Assembly (NCBI GenBank): GCA_965223845.1
Contig: CBDCXR010000004.1
Span: 6,944,001-7,008,000 of the forward strand
Length of the DNA stretch: 64,000 nucleotides
Direction: 5' to 3'
Origin: Planctomycetota bacterium
GTDB taxonomy: Bacteria; Planctomycetota; UBA8108; SXIK01
The position numbers and the translations under genes were made by a program. Positions 28,535 to 38,675 of the stretch are shown piece after piece. Under the pieces are notes generated by a model. That model saw nothing but the letters and a program-made list of their open reading frames with translations, did no database searches and was not told the DNA's origin. Each line of letters starts with the position of its first letter. Position 1 is the first letter of the stretch.

Positions 28535-31500
28535 ATGAATCGACAGGGAGTGACGAGGGTGCTCGGCGTCGCGCTGGCGGCAATCGTCGCCGGACCGGCG
28601 ACAGCAGACGAGGCGTCGCGAATTCCGCTGCCGGCTAGCGCCGGCATCGAGCTCCGATTCGAGCTCAGTCGCGGGCGGGAACGACTCGCTCTCTCTTGGC
28701 CCGGTCGGATCCCCGCGTCGACGCGCGTCGAGCTCTCACCGGCGGACGGAATCGTCGTCAGTCTGTTGTGGACCGCCACGGGCGGTCGCCTCGCCGCCAC
28801 TCGTCTCGACTCTCGGGCGAAAGACGCGGAGCGACTCCGAGCGACGATCCGAGCCGCGGACCCGTCTGAGTCGAGCCGCCGGACGGCTCGACCCGCTCGC
28901 CACTCGGGGTCTTCTCGTCCCGGCTTTTTCTATCTGTCCCGAGACCAGCTCGGAATGGAGCTCGCGCGTGGGCTCGTCTTCTCGCGCTCGAGTAGCGGAT
29001 TCGACTTTTCCTTCACCGATCGCGCGATGTCGTTTCGACTCGACGCGGATCGCGACGGCGCGTGGGTCGTGACCGCGGCGGGAGAGGTGCCGCGGGGGAG
29101 GGAGACCGTTCTCTTCGCGTGGGAATCCGTTGCGCTTCCGCACGCGAGCTCGGCGGCGAGCCCGCCGAGGCTCTGGGGTTGGCACACGGAAGGACTCGGC
29201 AGTGATCGGCTCCGAAAGCTCGTGGCCGAGCTCGCTCTCCCCGCGTCACCCGGCCGCTACCTCGAACTCGGCGACGGCTGGCAAACGTCGCGTGATCCTT
29301 CGCCGTTTCGCTCGCCGGCCCGCGACTGGTGGGACGCGCTCGGCGCATCCTTCGGCCCCGACGCCACGCCCGTCCCCGCGTCTGCGGTCGACCCCGAGAC
29401 CGAGTCCGAGCGTGCCCGCGGAGACGGGTCGAGTCGAAAACGGCATGAACGCTCTGGCGAGGGCGGAGAAGCGGGGGAAGCGGAGCCCGCGGCGATCGTC
29501 GAGATCGTGAACGCCCTTGAGGCGCGCGGATGGGACGTCGGGCTCTGGATCGCACCGCTCGGGGCGAGCTCGAAGGATGTGTACCGGGCCGAGCCCCGCG
29601 CGTTCTTCTCGCTCGAACGGCGCGACGACGGCGAAGTGAAGCGCCGTCCGATTCCCGGCGGCGCGCTCGGTCGCTACGTCGTCGATCCGACCTCGCCGGC
29701 GGGGCAGCGTTACCTCGAGCGACTCGCCGCTGCCGTCGTGGGGGCCGGGCCGCGAATCCTGCGTCTAGCCGGACTCGGTGATGCTTACGCGCTCTACCGC
29801 CGCGATGAGGAGCAACTCGCCGACCCGGCCGTCGGCGCGCTCGGAGCGCTACGTCTCGCGGTGCGTTCGCTCCGGCGCGGCGCGGGCGATTCGATCGTTC
29901 TTCTCGGCGCTCGAGGAACGCCTCGCGAGCTCGCGCCGGAGCTCGAATCGATGCGACCGTGGGACGAGTCTGCGCTCGCGCTCGCTCCTCTCGCGGCGGA
30001 AAGCGATCTCTTCCGGCGGTGGTGGCCGCGCGTCGCGGGAGCGTGCGGAATCGAGGCGACGCCGCTCGCCGTGCGCCCGGAGGGACGCGAGATCGGTCCT
30101 CCCGATCGGAGCGCCGCTCAGATTGCGTATGCGCTGCTGACCGGACGGGATACTCAGATCGCCGTCGGCAGAACGCTCCCGGATGAGACTCTCGCGCTTC
30201 TCCGACAGGTGCCCGGGTTTGCGGTTCGGCCGCTCGACTGGTTCGAGCGCGAGATCGCGCCCAACGTGTGGGTGTTCCACGGCGCCGACCGAGCGGCGAG
30301 CACCGTGGGACTCTTCGCGTGGGATGAGCATCGCGTGCGGCGGGTCCGTTTCAATCCGGAAGACCTCGGGCTCGAGCGGCGGACGCCCCGCGAGACGGTT
30401 CTCTGGTACGACCTCACCGCGCGTCGTCTGGTCGGAGTCGGCCGGGGGGAGCAGGAGTTCTCCCTTCTTCCGACGGAGGTGCGGCTCCTCGTCGCCGTCG
30501 CGGTCGAGCAGAATCGTCCCACCGTGCTGTCGATCGCAGGACGTCTCTTCGGGCGCGAGGAGGATCGGCTGCGCGAAGACTGGGATGCGAACCGGCGCGA
30601 GCTCCGACTTCACGTACGCCTCGGCTTAGCCGGCGATTCCGATCGACGGGCCACGTCGATCGATCTCGCCGTCCCGCCGACACTCGACGTCGCGCGGGTC
30701 GACGTGAGCGATGCGAACGTTCGAGTCAAGCCCGCGGCTGGAGGCGTCGCGCGGATCGAAGTCGACTCGGAGCGAAGCGAACTCGAGCTCGCGGTGACGT
30801 TCACCGCGAGCGCGTCGAGTGCCGGTGCGGTCCTTCCTCGCGACGTTACGGTTCGTCCGTCGGCTCCGGGATCGGCTCCTCTCGTCGAGTGGCGCATCGA
30901 TGCGGCTGTCTGGCCGACGGCGCCGGCTCGATTCGAGGTCTCGCGGAGCGGGGCGGTCGTCGGGATCGTCAGCGGGACGCGCTTCATCGATTCCACCGCG
31001 ACCCCCGGTGCCGTAGAGGAGTACGCGGTGAGGCCCGTCGGCGACGACCGAGCCCCCTCGATCGCGAAGGCGGATCCGGGTGAATTCGCCGCGACGGAGC
31101 CTCTCGATCTCTCCGCCGCGATTCCCTCGCGAACCGACGAACGCGCGGGCGCTCCGCGCCGCGATCGCGCCGCAACGGGTCGGCCTCTCATCGTCGACGG
31201 CGTCAGCTACGCGCGCGGATGGGGCGTGCGATCTCCGTCGATGCTCGAGTTTCGGCTCGCCCGACACGCCGAGCGCTTCACCGCGCACGTCGGCATCGAC
31301 GACTCCTCGCGCTTTCGCGGTCGAGTGGAGTTCATCGTGGAGGCGGACGGCCGCGAGGTGTTCCGCACCGGCGCGATCCGCGGGGGCGTGCCCGCCGAGG
31401 CGATCGATCTCGACGTGCGCGCGGTTGAGCGACTGCGACTCATCGTCGAGGATGGCGGCGACGGGACGGACGGCGACTTCGCGAACTGGTGCAATCCTGT

Positions 31501-31555
31501 CGTGACGCACACGGCGCATCGAGACGAAGAGTCGCCGCGCCCTGCGAGTGAGTGA
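28535..31555 (+). CDS. Secreted GH36/GH27-like (alpha-galactosidase fold) protein with C-terminal NPCBM/NEW2 carbohydrate-binding domain; catalytic motifs degenerate
   Basis: LWGWHT, GDGWQ, GLWIAP, DPTSP...YL; NPCBM: GRPLIVDGVSYARGWG, FTAHVGIDD, LRLIVEDGGDG..GDFANW. Confidence 0.7.
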   Translation: MNRQGVTRVLGVALAAIVAGPATADEASRIPLPASAGIELRFELSRGRERLALSWPGRIPASTRVELSPADGIVVSLLWTATGGRLAATRLDSRAKDAERLRATIRAADPSESSRRTARPARHSGSSRPGFFYLSRDQLGMELARGLVFSRSSSGFDFSFTDRAMSFRLDADRDGAWVVTAAGEVPRGRETVLFAWESVALPHASSAASPPRLWGWHTEGLGSDRLRKLVAELALPASPGRYLELGDGWQTSRDPSPFRSPARDWWDALGASFGPDATPVPASAVDPETESERARGDGSSRKRHERSGEGGEAGEAEPAAIVEIVNALEARGWDVGLWIAPLGASSKDVYRAEPRAFFSLERRDDGEVKRRPIPGGALGRYVVDPTSPAGQRYLERLAAAVVGAGPRILRLAGLGDAYALYRRDEEQLADPAVGALGALRLAVRSLRRGAGDSIVLLGARGTPRELAPELESMRPWDESALALAPLAAESDLFRRWWPRVAGACGIEATPLAVRPEGREIGPPDRSAAQIAYALLTGRDTQIAVGRTLPDETLALLRQVPGFAVRPLDWFEREIAPNVWVFHGADRAASTVGLFAWDEHRVRRVRFNPEDLGLERRTPRETVLWYDLTARRLVGVGRGEQEFSLLPTEVRLLVAVAVEQNRPTVLSIAGRLFGREEDRLREDWDANRRELRLHVRLGLAGDSDRRATSIDLAVPPTLDVARVDVSDANVRVKPAAGGVARIEVDSERSELELAVTFTASASSAGAVLPRDVTVRPSAPGSAPLVEWRIDAAVWPTAPARFEVSRSGAVVGIVSGTRFIDSTATPGAVEEYAVRPVGDDRAPSIAKADPGEFAATEPLDLSAAIPSRTDERAGAPRRDRAATGRPLIVDGVSYARGWGVRSPSMLEFRLARHAERFTAHVGIDDSSRFRGRVEFIVEADGREVFRTGAIRGGVPAEAIDLDVRAVERLRLIVEDGGDGTDGDFANWCNPVVTHTAHRDEESPRPASE

Positions 31556-31690
31556 CGCGCTCGAGGCCTCGATCGTCGAACGGTTCGGCCGCGCACACTT
31601 CGTACACGTTCACTCTGCTTCCTACTTATCTGTCCTCCCGCGCGTCCGTTCGGTGCCGTTTTTTCCGCGCGCAACTCCAGGTCCGAAATC

Positions 31691-33064
31691 GTGACCACAG
31701 CTCCGACTAAGATCACGCCGATCGCGTTTGCCTTCGTGCTCGCAGCCGCGACCACGATCCTCGCCGCCCCCGAACCCGCGCTCCGCGTCGGAGCGGCGTC
31801 CGTGGCGCTCGCCGCTCGGGACGATATGGTGATCGCGGGAGGCATCGCTCCCGGTCGCGCCCGTGGTCAGGAGGGCGAGCTTCGCGTCTCGGCGACCGTC
31901 GTCGAGGACGGAGCGCGCGCTCGAGTCGCCATCGTCGCCTGCGACATCTTGATGATGCGCCGCGATTTCTTCGATGCCGCCGGCAAGCGAATCGAGCGCG
32001 ACCTCGGGATCCCGTTCGCGCACGTTCTCATGAACGCGACGCATACGCACCACGCACCGGCGACGGTCTCGATTCACGACTACGAGCGCGACGAGGCGTT
32101 CTGCGCGGCGGTACGAGACGCGATCGTCGCGGCGACGAAACGCGCGGTCGAGAGACTCGAGAAGCCGGGGAGCGAGTGCCGCTTCCTCTTTCGGCTCGGC
32201 GAGGAATCGTCGGTTGGCCAGAACAGTCGGCTCCTTCTCGATGACGGAACGATCTACTGGATCGGTCGCCGCGACAAGATCGTCCGACCGACCGGGCCGT
32301 TCGATCCCGAGCTCCCCGTCCTCGCTTTCGAGCGCCTTGCGGGCGGCTTCGAGTCGGTGATCTTCAACCATTCGACCCATCTCATCGGGACCAATCGTGC
32401 CGGCGTGCGCTCGCCGAGCTTCTACGGGCTCGCGGCGCAGGAGCTCGAGGCGAGTCGTGGGGGGACGTTCACCTTCATCGCCGGAGCGTACGGGTCGACG
32501 CACAACTTGACGCTGAGCTGTCCGGAGATGGTCCTTCGAATTCGCCGCGCCGTCGAGCGCGGGCTCGGCCGTCTGCTTCCTCGCCGCGTCGATGCGGTTC
32601 GCGCGCTCCGGCGCGAAGTCACGTACAAGGTGAGACGATTCGACGAAGCAGCCGAAGAGAAAGCGGTCTCCTCCTACTGTAAGCTCGAACCGTCGCGCGG
32701 CGGCGAGACTCACGCGAAGGTGTTCCGCGCGATGCGCGCGAAGCTAGAGCGCCTTCAGGGCGAGGAGCGAACGACGTGGATTCAAGCGCTGCGAATCGGT
32801 GACGTCGCGCTCGTCGGGATTCCCGGCGAGTGTTTCACTTCGCTCGGTGTCGAGATCAAGCGGCGCTCGCCGTTTCGGTACACGTACATCGCGGGTACGG
32901 CGAACGACTACGTGGGATACATCCCCGACGACGAAGCCTACGATCTCGGCGGCTACCAAGTCTGGACGGGGTTTCACAGCTTCGTCGAGCGCGGAACCGG
33001 CGAGGCGTTCGTCGACGTCGCGGTCGAGATGCTCGAGAAGCTGCACGACGAAACGGCGAACTGA
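31691..33064 (+). CDS. Neutral/alkaline ceramidase-like amidohydrolase
   Basis: NATHTHHAP, GPFDPEL, NHSTH, LRIGDVALVGIPGE, ANDYVGYIP...GGY. Confidence 0.8.
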   Translation: MTTAPTKITPIAFAFVLAAATTILAAPEPALRVGAASVALAARDDMVIAGGIAPGRARGQEGELRVSATVVEDGARARVAIVACDILMMRRDFFDAAGKRIERDLGIPFAHVLMNATHTHHAPATVSIHDYERDEAFCAAVRDAIVAATKRAVERLEKPGSECRFLFRLGEESSVGQNSRLLLDDGTIYWIGRRDKIVRPTGPFDPELPVLAFERLAGGFESVIFNHSTHLIGTNRAGVRSPSFYGLAAQELEASRGGTFTFIAGAYGSTHNLTLSCPEMVLRIRRAVERGLGRLLPRRVDAVRALRREVTYKVRRFDEAAEEKAVSSYCKLEPSRGGETHAKVFRAMRAKLERLQGEERTTWIQALRIGDVALVGIPGECFTSLGVEIKRRSPFRYTYIAGTANDYVGYIPDDEAYDLGGYQVWTGFHSFVERGTGEAFVDVAVEMLEKLHDETAN

Positions 33065-33095
33065 AGGGGTCGAGCATGCACGGAGGGGATCGAAC

Positions 33096-33902
33096 GTGAA
33101 CCGCGCTTGTGAGTCGGAAGGACGACTCGTTGAAACGCGTCTCGGCGCGCTGACCTCGTCCGCGGCGATTCTTCTTCTCGCTGTGCTGGCGGGCTGTCGA
33201 TCGCCGGCGGACCGCCCGAGCTCTCCGGCGATGCGTCGATCGGCCGACTCGGAACGAGTGGCGATGACGATCGAGCCGTCGGCGGACTTCGTTCTCGACG
33301 GAAGCGGGACTCAGCCCGAATGGCGCGCCGCGCAGTGGGTGAGTCTGAATCGTCGCCAGGGCGGCGATCTCCCCTACGAAGCGAAGCTCAAGGCGCTTTA
33401 TTCGGAGACGGGACTCTACTTCCTCTTTGAGGCTACCGATCGCAAGCTGACGGCGACGTTCACGGAAGACTTCTCGAACCTTTGGACCGAGGACGTCTTC
33501 GAGATCTTTCTGTGGACGGACGAGCGCTATCCCGTCTACTTCGAGTACGAGATCTCCCCTCTCGGCGTCGAGCTGCCGATTCTGATCCCGAACTTCGGCG
33601 GCGAATTCCTCGGCTGGCGACCGTGGCACTACGACGGCGAGCGGAAGACGCGAACGGCGACGCAGGCGATCGGGGGCGCGAAAGAGAGTGGCGCGGCGGT
33701 CGACGGCTGGCGCGCGGAGGTATTCATCCCGTACGTCCTCCTTCGGCCGCTTCAGAACGTGCCGCCGACGGCGGGCTCGGAGTGGCGCGCGAACTTCTAT
33801 CGCGTCGACCACGACGACGGGCGGCGGACGACTTGGGATTGGTCGCGGGTGGGGAGCGACTTCCACGAGTTCGAAGCCTTCGGTCGGTTTCGATTCGAGT
33901 AA
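33096..33902 (+). CDS. Lipoprotein with CBM9-like (DOMON-like) carbohydrate-binding domain
   Basis: LLAVLAGC lipobox; LDG...EW, LWTEDVFEIF, YFEYEISPLG, WRAEVFIP, WRANFYR; GTG start after GGAGGG. Confidence 0.8.
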   Translation: MNRACESEGRLVETRLGALTSSAAILLLAVLAGCRSPADRPSSPAMRRSADSERVAMTIEPSADFVLDGSGTQPEWRAAQWVSLNRRQGGDLPYEAKLKALYSETGLYFLFEATDRKLTATFTEDFSNLWTEDVFEIFLWTDERYPVYFEYEISPLGVELPILIPNFGGEFLGWRPWHYDGERKTRTATQAIGGAKESGAAVDGWRAEVFIPYVLLRPLQNVPPTAGSEWRANFYRVDHDDGRRTTWDWSRVGSDFHEFEAFGRFRFE

Positions 33903-33999
33903 CCGAACCCATCGGTTGGCGCTCGAGAGCGACGGGACTTGAGGACGGCGCTTCCCGGTCGGGGGGCGGGAACGCCCACGCACCGATACTCCGTCTCGG

Positions 34000-35691
34000 T
34001 CAGTCTCTTTCGAGGCGAACGAGACGGATCGCCCGCGAGTGCGGGCGGAGATCTTCGATGAGGATCTCCGCGGCGTACGGACGAAGGACCTCGAAGCGCC
34101 GGTGCGTTCGCCGGCGCGTCTTGTCGATCGCGAGCACGTAGACGCGTGGGACTTCCTCGAGCTTTGCGCGAATCTCGGCCTCCGAGTAAATCGGCTGGCT
34201 CTTCCGGTCGGTGTAGAGCGAAACGAGACCGGCGGTCGTCTCGTCGGGATCGAACAGGTAGATCGGCTCGCTCGCCGGAACGAGGTCGGCGACGCGGCGC
34301 GTGATCGGGCCGAGGCTCTTGATCGCGTCGAGCGGAGGGAGGAGTGCCGAGGCGCTCACGGCGATGCAAAGGACGAAGCCGACGTACCAGCGCGAGAGTC
34401 CCGTGCGATTCCGCCCGCGAGCGAACGCCCGGCCGGCCGCAACCGCCGCGCCGAGCCCCGCCGTCGTGGCTGCGAGCGCGAGGACGAGCGACAGATCGGA
34501 AAGCCAAACGCGCGCGACCGGAATCGCGAGAGCGATCACCGCCGTGAAGCCGACGAGGAGCCGTGGAAACCACTTCGCGTAGGCGCTCCTTCGCTCGTCG
34601 CGCGCGAAGCGAAGCAGCCAAAGCGCCGAGGCGATCGCGCCGGCGGGCAGGAAGGGGACGATGTAAACCGCGCGCTTCGTACTCGCTAGGCTGAGCATCC
34701 CGATCCCGAATCCGAGCCAAAGGAGCGCGACGTCGGTCACCTCGCGTTCGCGCGTGATCGCACTCGCGGGCGTTCGGATACGAGTGCGTACGGCATCGAT
34801 CACCGCACCGACGAGTGGCAGCGTGAGCGGGAGTGCGTGCACGGGAAAATGAATCAAGTAGTAGTAAATCGGGCGAACGTGTCCGCGGCTTCCGGCCTCG
34901 GCCGCGACGCGGCCGACGAAGTTGTGGACGAAGATCGCGTCGAATACCGCGCCCTCCGTTTCCTGCCAGGCGAAGTAGAGCCAAGGGCCTACGATCGCCG
35001 CCGCCACGACCGGGCCGACCACGAAGAGCGGCGCAAACAGTCGCCCCGCGCCTCCGCGAACGATCACGAGTGCGACGCAAAAGAGACCCGGAACCGCGAT
35101 GCCGATCGGACCCTTCGCGAGAAAGGCGAGCGCGGCCGCGGCGCTCGCAAGTCCGCAGGCTCCCCAGCGTGTCCGCGCGTGCGAGGCCGAGTGAGCCTGG
35201 GCCGCAAAGGCCGCCGCAGCCGTCGTGCAGAGCGTGAGGACGCCGTCGACGACGACGCGATGTTGCGTCGTGAAGAACTCGACGGTGAGCGCGAGCGCAG
35301 CCGCGGTCCACCAGGCCGTGTCGACGAGTGCGTCCTTGCCGTCGTCTTGCTGCGGGCCGACGCGGGTCGAAGAGCGGAGAAGAGTTCGAACGAGAGACGC
35401 GGCGAATGCGATCGTCGCGAGTCCGCAAAGCGAGGAGAGAATGCGCGGCGCGCATTCGGGCGACGAGCCGAAGCTGCGGTAGAACGCACCGACGAGCCAA
35501 GCGTGAAGCGGCGGCTGCTCGAGAAACGGCTCGTCGCCGAGGACGGGAACCACCCAGTGGCCACGCGCAACGCTGCGTCCCACCGACGCGACCCGCGGCT
35601 CGTCGGGGGTCCACAAATCGTGGTCGAGTACGCCGATCGACGCGAGCACGATGAGTCCCGCGAGCGTCCATCGCCGCTCGGGTGCGGTCAT
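34000..35691 (-). CDS. ArnT/GT83-like (PMT family) membrane glycosyltransferase
   Basis: [40 protein letters not shown]; start overlaps pgi stop. Confidence 0.88.
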   Translation of the reverse strand: MTAPERRWTLAGLIVLASIGVLDHDLWTPDEPRVASVGRSVARGHWVVPVLGDEPFLEQPPLHAWLVGAFYRSFGSSPECAPRILSSLCGLATIAFAASLVRTLLRSSTRVGPQQDDGKDALVDTAWWTAAALALTVEFFTTQHRVVVDGVLTLCTTAAAAFAAQAHSASHARTRWGACGLASAAAALAFLAKGPIGIAVPGLFCVALVIVRGGAGRLFAPLFVVGPVVAAAIVGPWLYFAWQETEGAVFDAIFVHNFVGRVAAEAGSRGHVRPIYYYLIHFPVHALPLTLPLVGAVIDAVRTRIRTPASAITREREVTDVALLWLGFGIGMLSLASTKRAVYIVPFLPAGAIASALWLLRFARDERRSAYAKWFPRLLVGFTAVIALAIPVARVWLSDLSLVLALAATTAGLGAAVAAGRAFARGRNRTGLSRWYVGFVLCIAVSASALLPPLDAIKSLGPITRRVADLVPASEPIYLFDPDETTAGLVSLYTDRKSQPIYSEAEIRAKLEEVPRVYVLAIDKTRRRTHRRFEVLRPYAAEILIEDLRPHSRAIRLVRLERD

Positions 35692-37310
35692 GCGCGCGCG
35701 CTGAAGCGATCGTGGAGCGGAAGATTCCCCGGCTCGCGGCGGACGTCGCGACCGTTCGCGGCGAGGTGGACGAGCGCGCGGTAGATCGTCTCTGCGTCAT
35801 CGGGCGCACCGACGGTCGCCGCGATCTCGTCGGCCGTCAGTGCCCTCGGGGCGCACTCGAGGAGCGCGGCGACGCTCTCGCGTTGAAGGTCGAGAACTCG
35901 CGCCGCAGCCGTTTTCCCCGCCTGAACGCCCGGTTGGTGGTAGGCGTTGATATTGACGAGCGAAGCGTAGAGGCCGACCGTGCGCTCGAAGAGTGCGATC
36001 ACGGCACCGAGAGTGCGCGGTGACACTTCCGGGAGGGTGATCGTGATCGACTCACGTCCCTTCTCGTGGAGCGCGTCGCGCGTGCCGAGAAAAAACCCGA
36101 AGAGGAAGTCGCCGCTCGTGATCCCCGGCTCGACCTCGCGCGACTTCCCGGCCCGATCCTTCTCGACCTCGATGAAGACGACGAAAAAATTGTGCACCCC
36201 ATCGCGAAGCTGCTGCACGTACGAGTGCTGATCCGTCGCCCCTTTGTTGCCGTAAACCGAGATCCCCTGGTGCACCGTGACGCCGTCGAGGTCTTTTTCC
36301 TTTCCGAGCGATTCCATGACGAGCTGCTGGAGATAACGCGAAAGGAGGATCAGGCGGTCCTTGTACGGCAGGACCACCATGTCTTTCGCGCCGCGGCCGT
36401 CGACGGCGCGGTACCAGGCGAGAGCGAGCATCGCCGCGGGGTTCGCACGTGGATCGGCTTCGCGCGTAGCGACGTCCATTTCGCGCGCTCCCGCGAGGAA
36501 TTCGTCGAGGTCGATGCCCGCGAGCGCCGCGGGAAGGAGGCCGACGGCGGCGGTCTCGGAGGTTCGCCCTCCGACCCAGTCCCACATCGGAAAGCGTGCG
36601 AGCCATCCGTTCGCCTCGGCGAGCCGATCGAGAGCGCTTCCTTCGCCCGTCACGGCGACGGCGTGTTTTGCGAAGTCGAGATTGGCGCGCTCGAACGCCC
36701 ACTCCGACTCGAGCATGCCGTTCCGGGTTTCCTTTGTTCCGCCCGACTTCGAGATCACGAGGACGAGCGTCGCGTCGAGCTCGTCCCCGATCGAGGCGAA
36801 CACGCGATCGAATCCGTCCGGATCGGTGTTGTCGAGAAAGTGGAGCCGGAGACCGCTTCCCGTCGCCGCTCTGGCCGCGGTCCCCAGCGCGTCGTCCGCC
36901 AGCTGAGGGCCGAGTGCGGATCCGCCGATGCCGACGACGAGCGCGTGGCGAAATTTCGGCGCACTCTCCGGGCGGATGACCCCGGAACGAATCGCGCGCG
37001 CGAATTCGCGGATGCGCTCGAACGTCTCCACGATGGTCGCGGTGATCGCCGGCTCGGGCGCGAGGTCGGGCGCGCGCAGCCAGTAGTGGCCGACTCGACG
37101 ATTCTCATCCGGATTGGCGATCGCCCCCGACTCGAGCTCGGCCATCGCGGAGAGTGCGCGCCGGATATCGCTATCGGTCTCGGCGAGAAACTCCGGCGTT
37201 AGCTCGAGGCGGGAGAGGTCGATCGTGATGCCGAGCGCTTCGCAGCGCGCTCGTTGGTATCGTTCCCAGAGGGCTCGCTTGCGAGAGGTCACGAGTTCGT
37301 CGTTCGCCAT
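35688..37310 (-). CDS. pgi: Glucose-6-phosphate isomerase
   Basis: [69 protein letters not shown]. Confidence 0.96.
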   Translation of the reverse strand: MANDELVTSRKRALWERYQRARCEALGITIDLSRLELTPEFLAETDSDIRRALSAMAELESGAIANPDENRRVGHYWLRAPDLAPEPAITATIVETFERIREFARAIRSGVIRPESAPKFRHALVVGIGGSALGPQLADDALGTAARAATGSGLRLHFLDNTDPDGFDRVFASIGDELDATLVLVISKSGGTKETRNGMLESEWAFERANLDFAKHAVAVTGEGSALDRLAEANGWLARFPMWDWVGGRTSETAAVGLLPAALAGIDLDEFLAGAREMDVATREADPRANPAAMLALAWYRAVDGRGAKDMVVLPYKDRLILLSRYLQQLVMESLGKEKDLDGVTVHQGISVYGNKGATDQHSYVQQLRDGVHNFFVVFIEVEKDRAGKSREVEPGITSGDFLFGFFLGTRDALHEKGRESITITLPEVSPRTLGAVIALFERTVGLYASLVNINAYHQPGVQAGKTAAARVLDLQRESVAALLECAPRALTADEIAATVGAPDDAETIYRALVHLAANGRDVRREPGNLPLHDRFSARA

Positions 37311-37662
37311 GTTCGGTTCCGAGGGCTCGAGAAGGCGCCGCGCTGCCGCTGCGTTTCCGCCGGTCGAATCAGGGGAATCCCGATACGCGCGCACGCCGAT
37401 TCTGCGCTCTTCGGGCCCGCGTTGCCACCCCCGGAAGATGCGTCTCGGGAGCCGGCTGCGGCGACGGAGAAAACGGCGACGAAAAGCTCTTTTTTCGGCC
37501 CGTCGATCCAGGTATCTTTGCCCCGAATACGGTGACGCCGAGACGAGTTTCGACGTCCGTTCTGGACGCGCAGTCGCCCGCGCTTCCGGCGTCGACTCCT
37601 CCCGCGCCCCGCCTGAGAAGCCGAGCCGGGACGACCGAGCGACTTCTCACGCCGAGTCCGAG

Positions 37663-38199
37663 ATGACCCCCCCCACGGACAGCCCCCAACGACTCGTAGA
37701 AGACGCCCTTCGCGCGGAGCCGGTCAAGTACCTCTGCGAGCGCGAGCCGCCGATCGTCGAAGCGTCTCTCCCCGTCGTCGATGTGCTCGAGCTACTGCGC
37801 AAGCACGAGGTCGGGTGCGTGATCGTCGTCGACGAAGTGCCCGACGGGGATGCCGTCGGCGGGAAGCCCGTCGGGATCTTCACCGAGCGCGACGTGCTCG
37901 ATCGCTGGGCCGTGCTCGACTCCGACGAGTGGCTCAGCATCAAGTACAACCCGATCGAGAGGCATATGTCGCCGTCGCCTCGGTGTCTCGACTCAGCGGT
38001 CCACCTGGATGAGGCGACCCAGCTCATGACGAAGCGGGGTTATCGCCATCTTCCCATCACGGAGGAGGGCGAGCTCATCGGCGTGCTCTCGGCGAAGGGC
38101 ATCGTGGACTACCTCGCGCAGTATTTTCCGGCCGAGGTGTTCAACCTGCCGCCGACTCCCGAGCTAGAGTCCAAGTTTGACAAGCGGGAGGGCGAGTAG
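37663..38199 (+). CDS. CBS domain pair protein
   Basis: VGIFTERD, MTKRGYRHLPI, GVLS; tail YFPAEVFNLPP...REGE. Confidence 0.88.
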   Translation: MTPPTDSPQRLVEDALRAEPVKYLCEREPPIVEASLPVVDVLELLRKHEVGCVIVVDEVPDGDAVGGKPVGIFTERDVLDRWAVLDSDEWLSIKYNPIERHMSPSPRCLDSAVHLDEATQLMTKRGYRHLPITEEGELIGVLSAKGIVDYLAQYFPAEVFNLPPTPELESKFDKREGE

Positions 38200-38675
38200 G
38201 GCATCTGCGTCGCGGCGAGGCCGTGTCGGAGACAAGATCATTCCGGAAGCCGGTGCGCCGGAGAGGAAAGGCGCGACCGGCGGGCAACCGTGGGAGAAGT
38301 GCGCACTGCGTTCGAGGTTCGGCGACAACCGCGAGTGCAAGGTCCAGGAAGGAGCGGAAGGCGAGAAAGAAAAGCCGGAAGGAGACGTCGATAGTAGACT
38401 CAGATGAACGAGCGTTGAATCCGGTGACCGCATTCTGCGCAAACGCCTGAGTTGCGAAAGAAGACCGTCTAGTTGACCGATAATAAGATCGAGACCGGAC
38501 TCCGATCGAACGACCCCGAGGGACCGAGCTGAGGGAAAAAGCCGACCTGAGGGAGAGAGGCGGAGACACTCGGTAGAGCGAACGTCGAACCAGGCGCTCC
38601 GAACCGCGCGATGCGGAGAGGACGCTTTCCCCGATCGCCGTCGCCCGCAGAGAGGCGACACCACGAGCTGGCACC

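Noticed and set aside
38249-38460. RNase P RNA (GAGGAAAG, GGGCAACC, AGTGCAA, AGATGAA fragments)
   Set aside because: Lacks GAGGAAAGUCC and the 3' ACAGAA..CGGCUUA needed for helix P4
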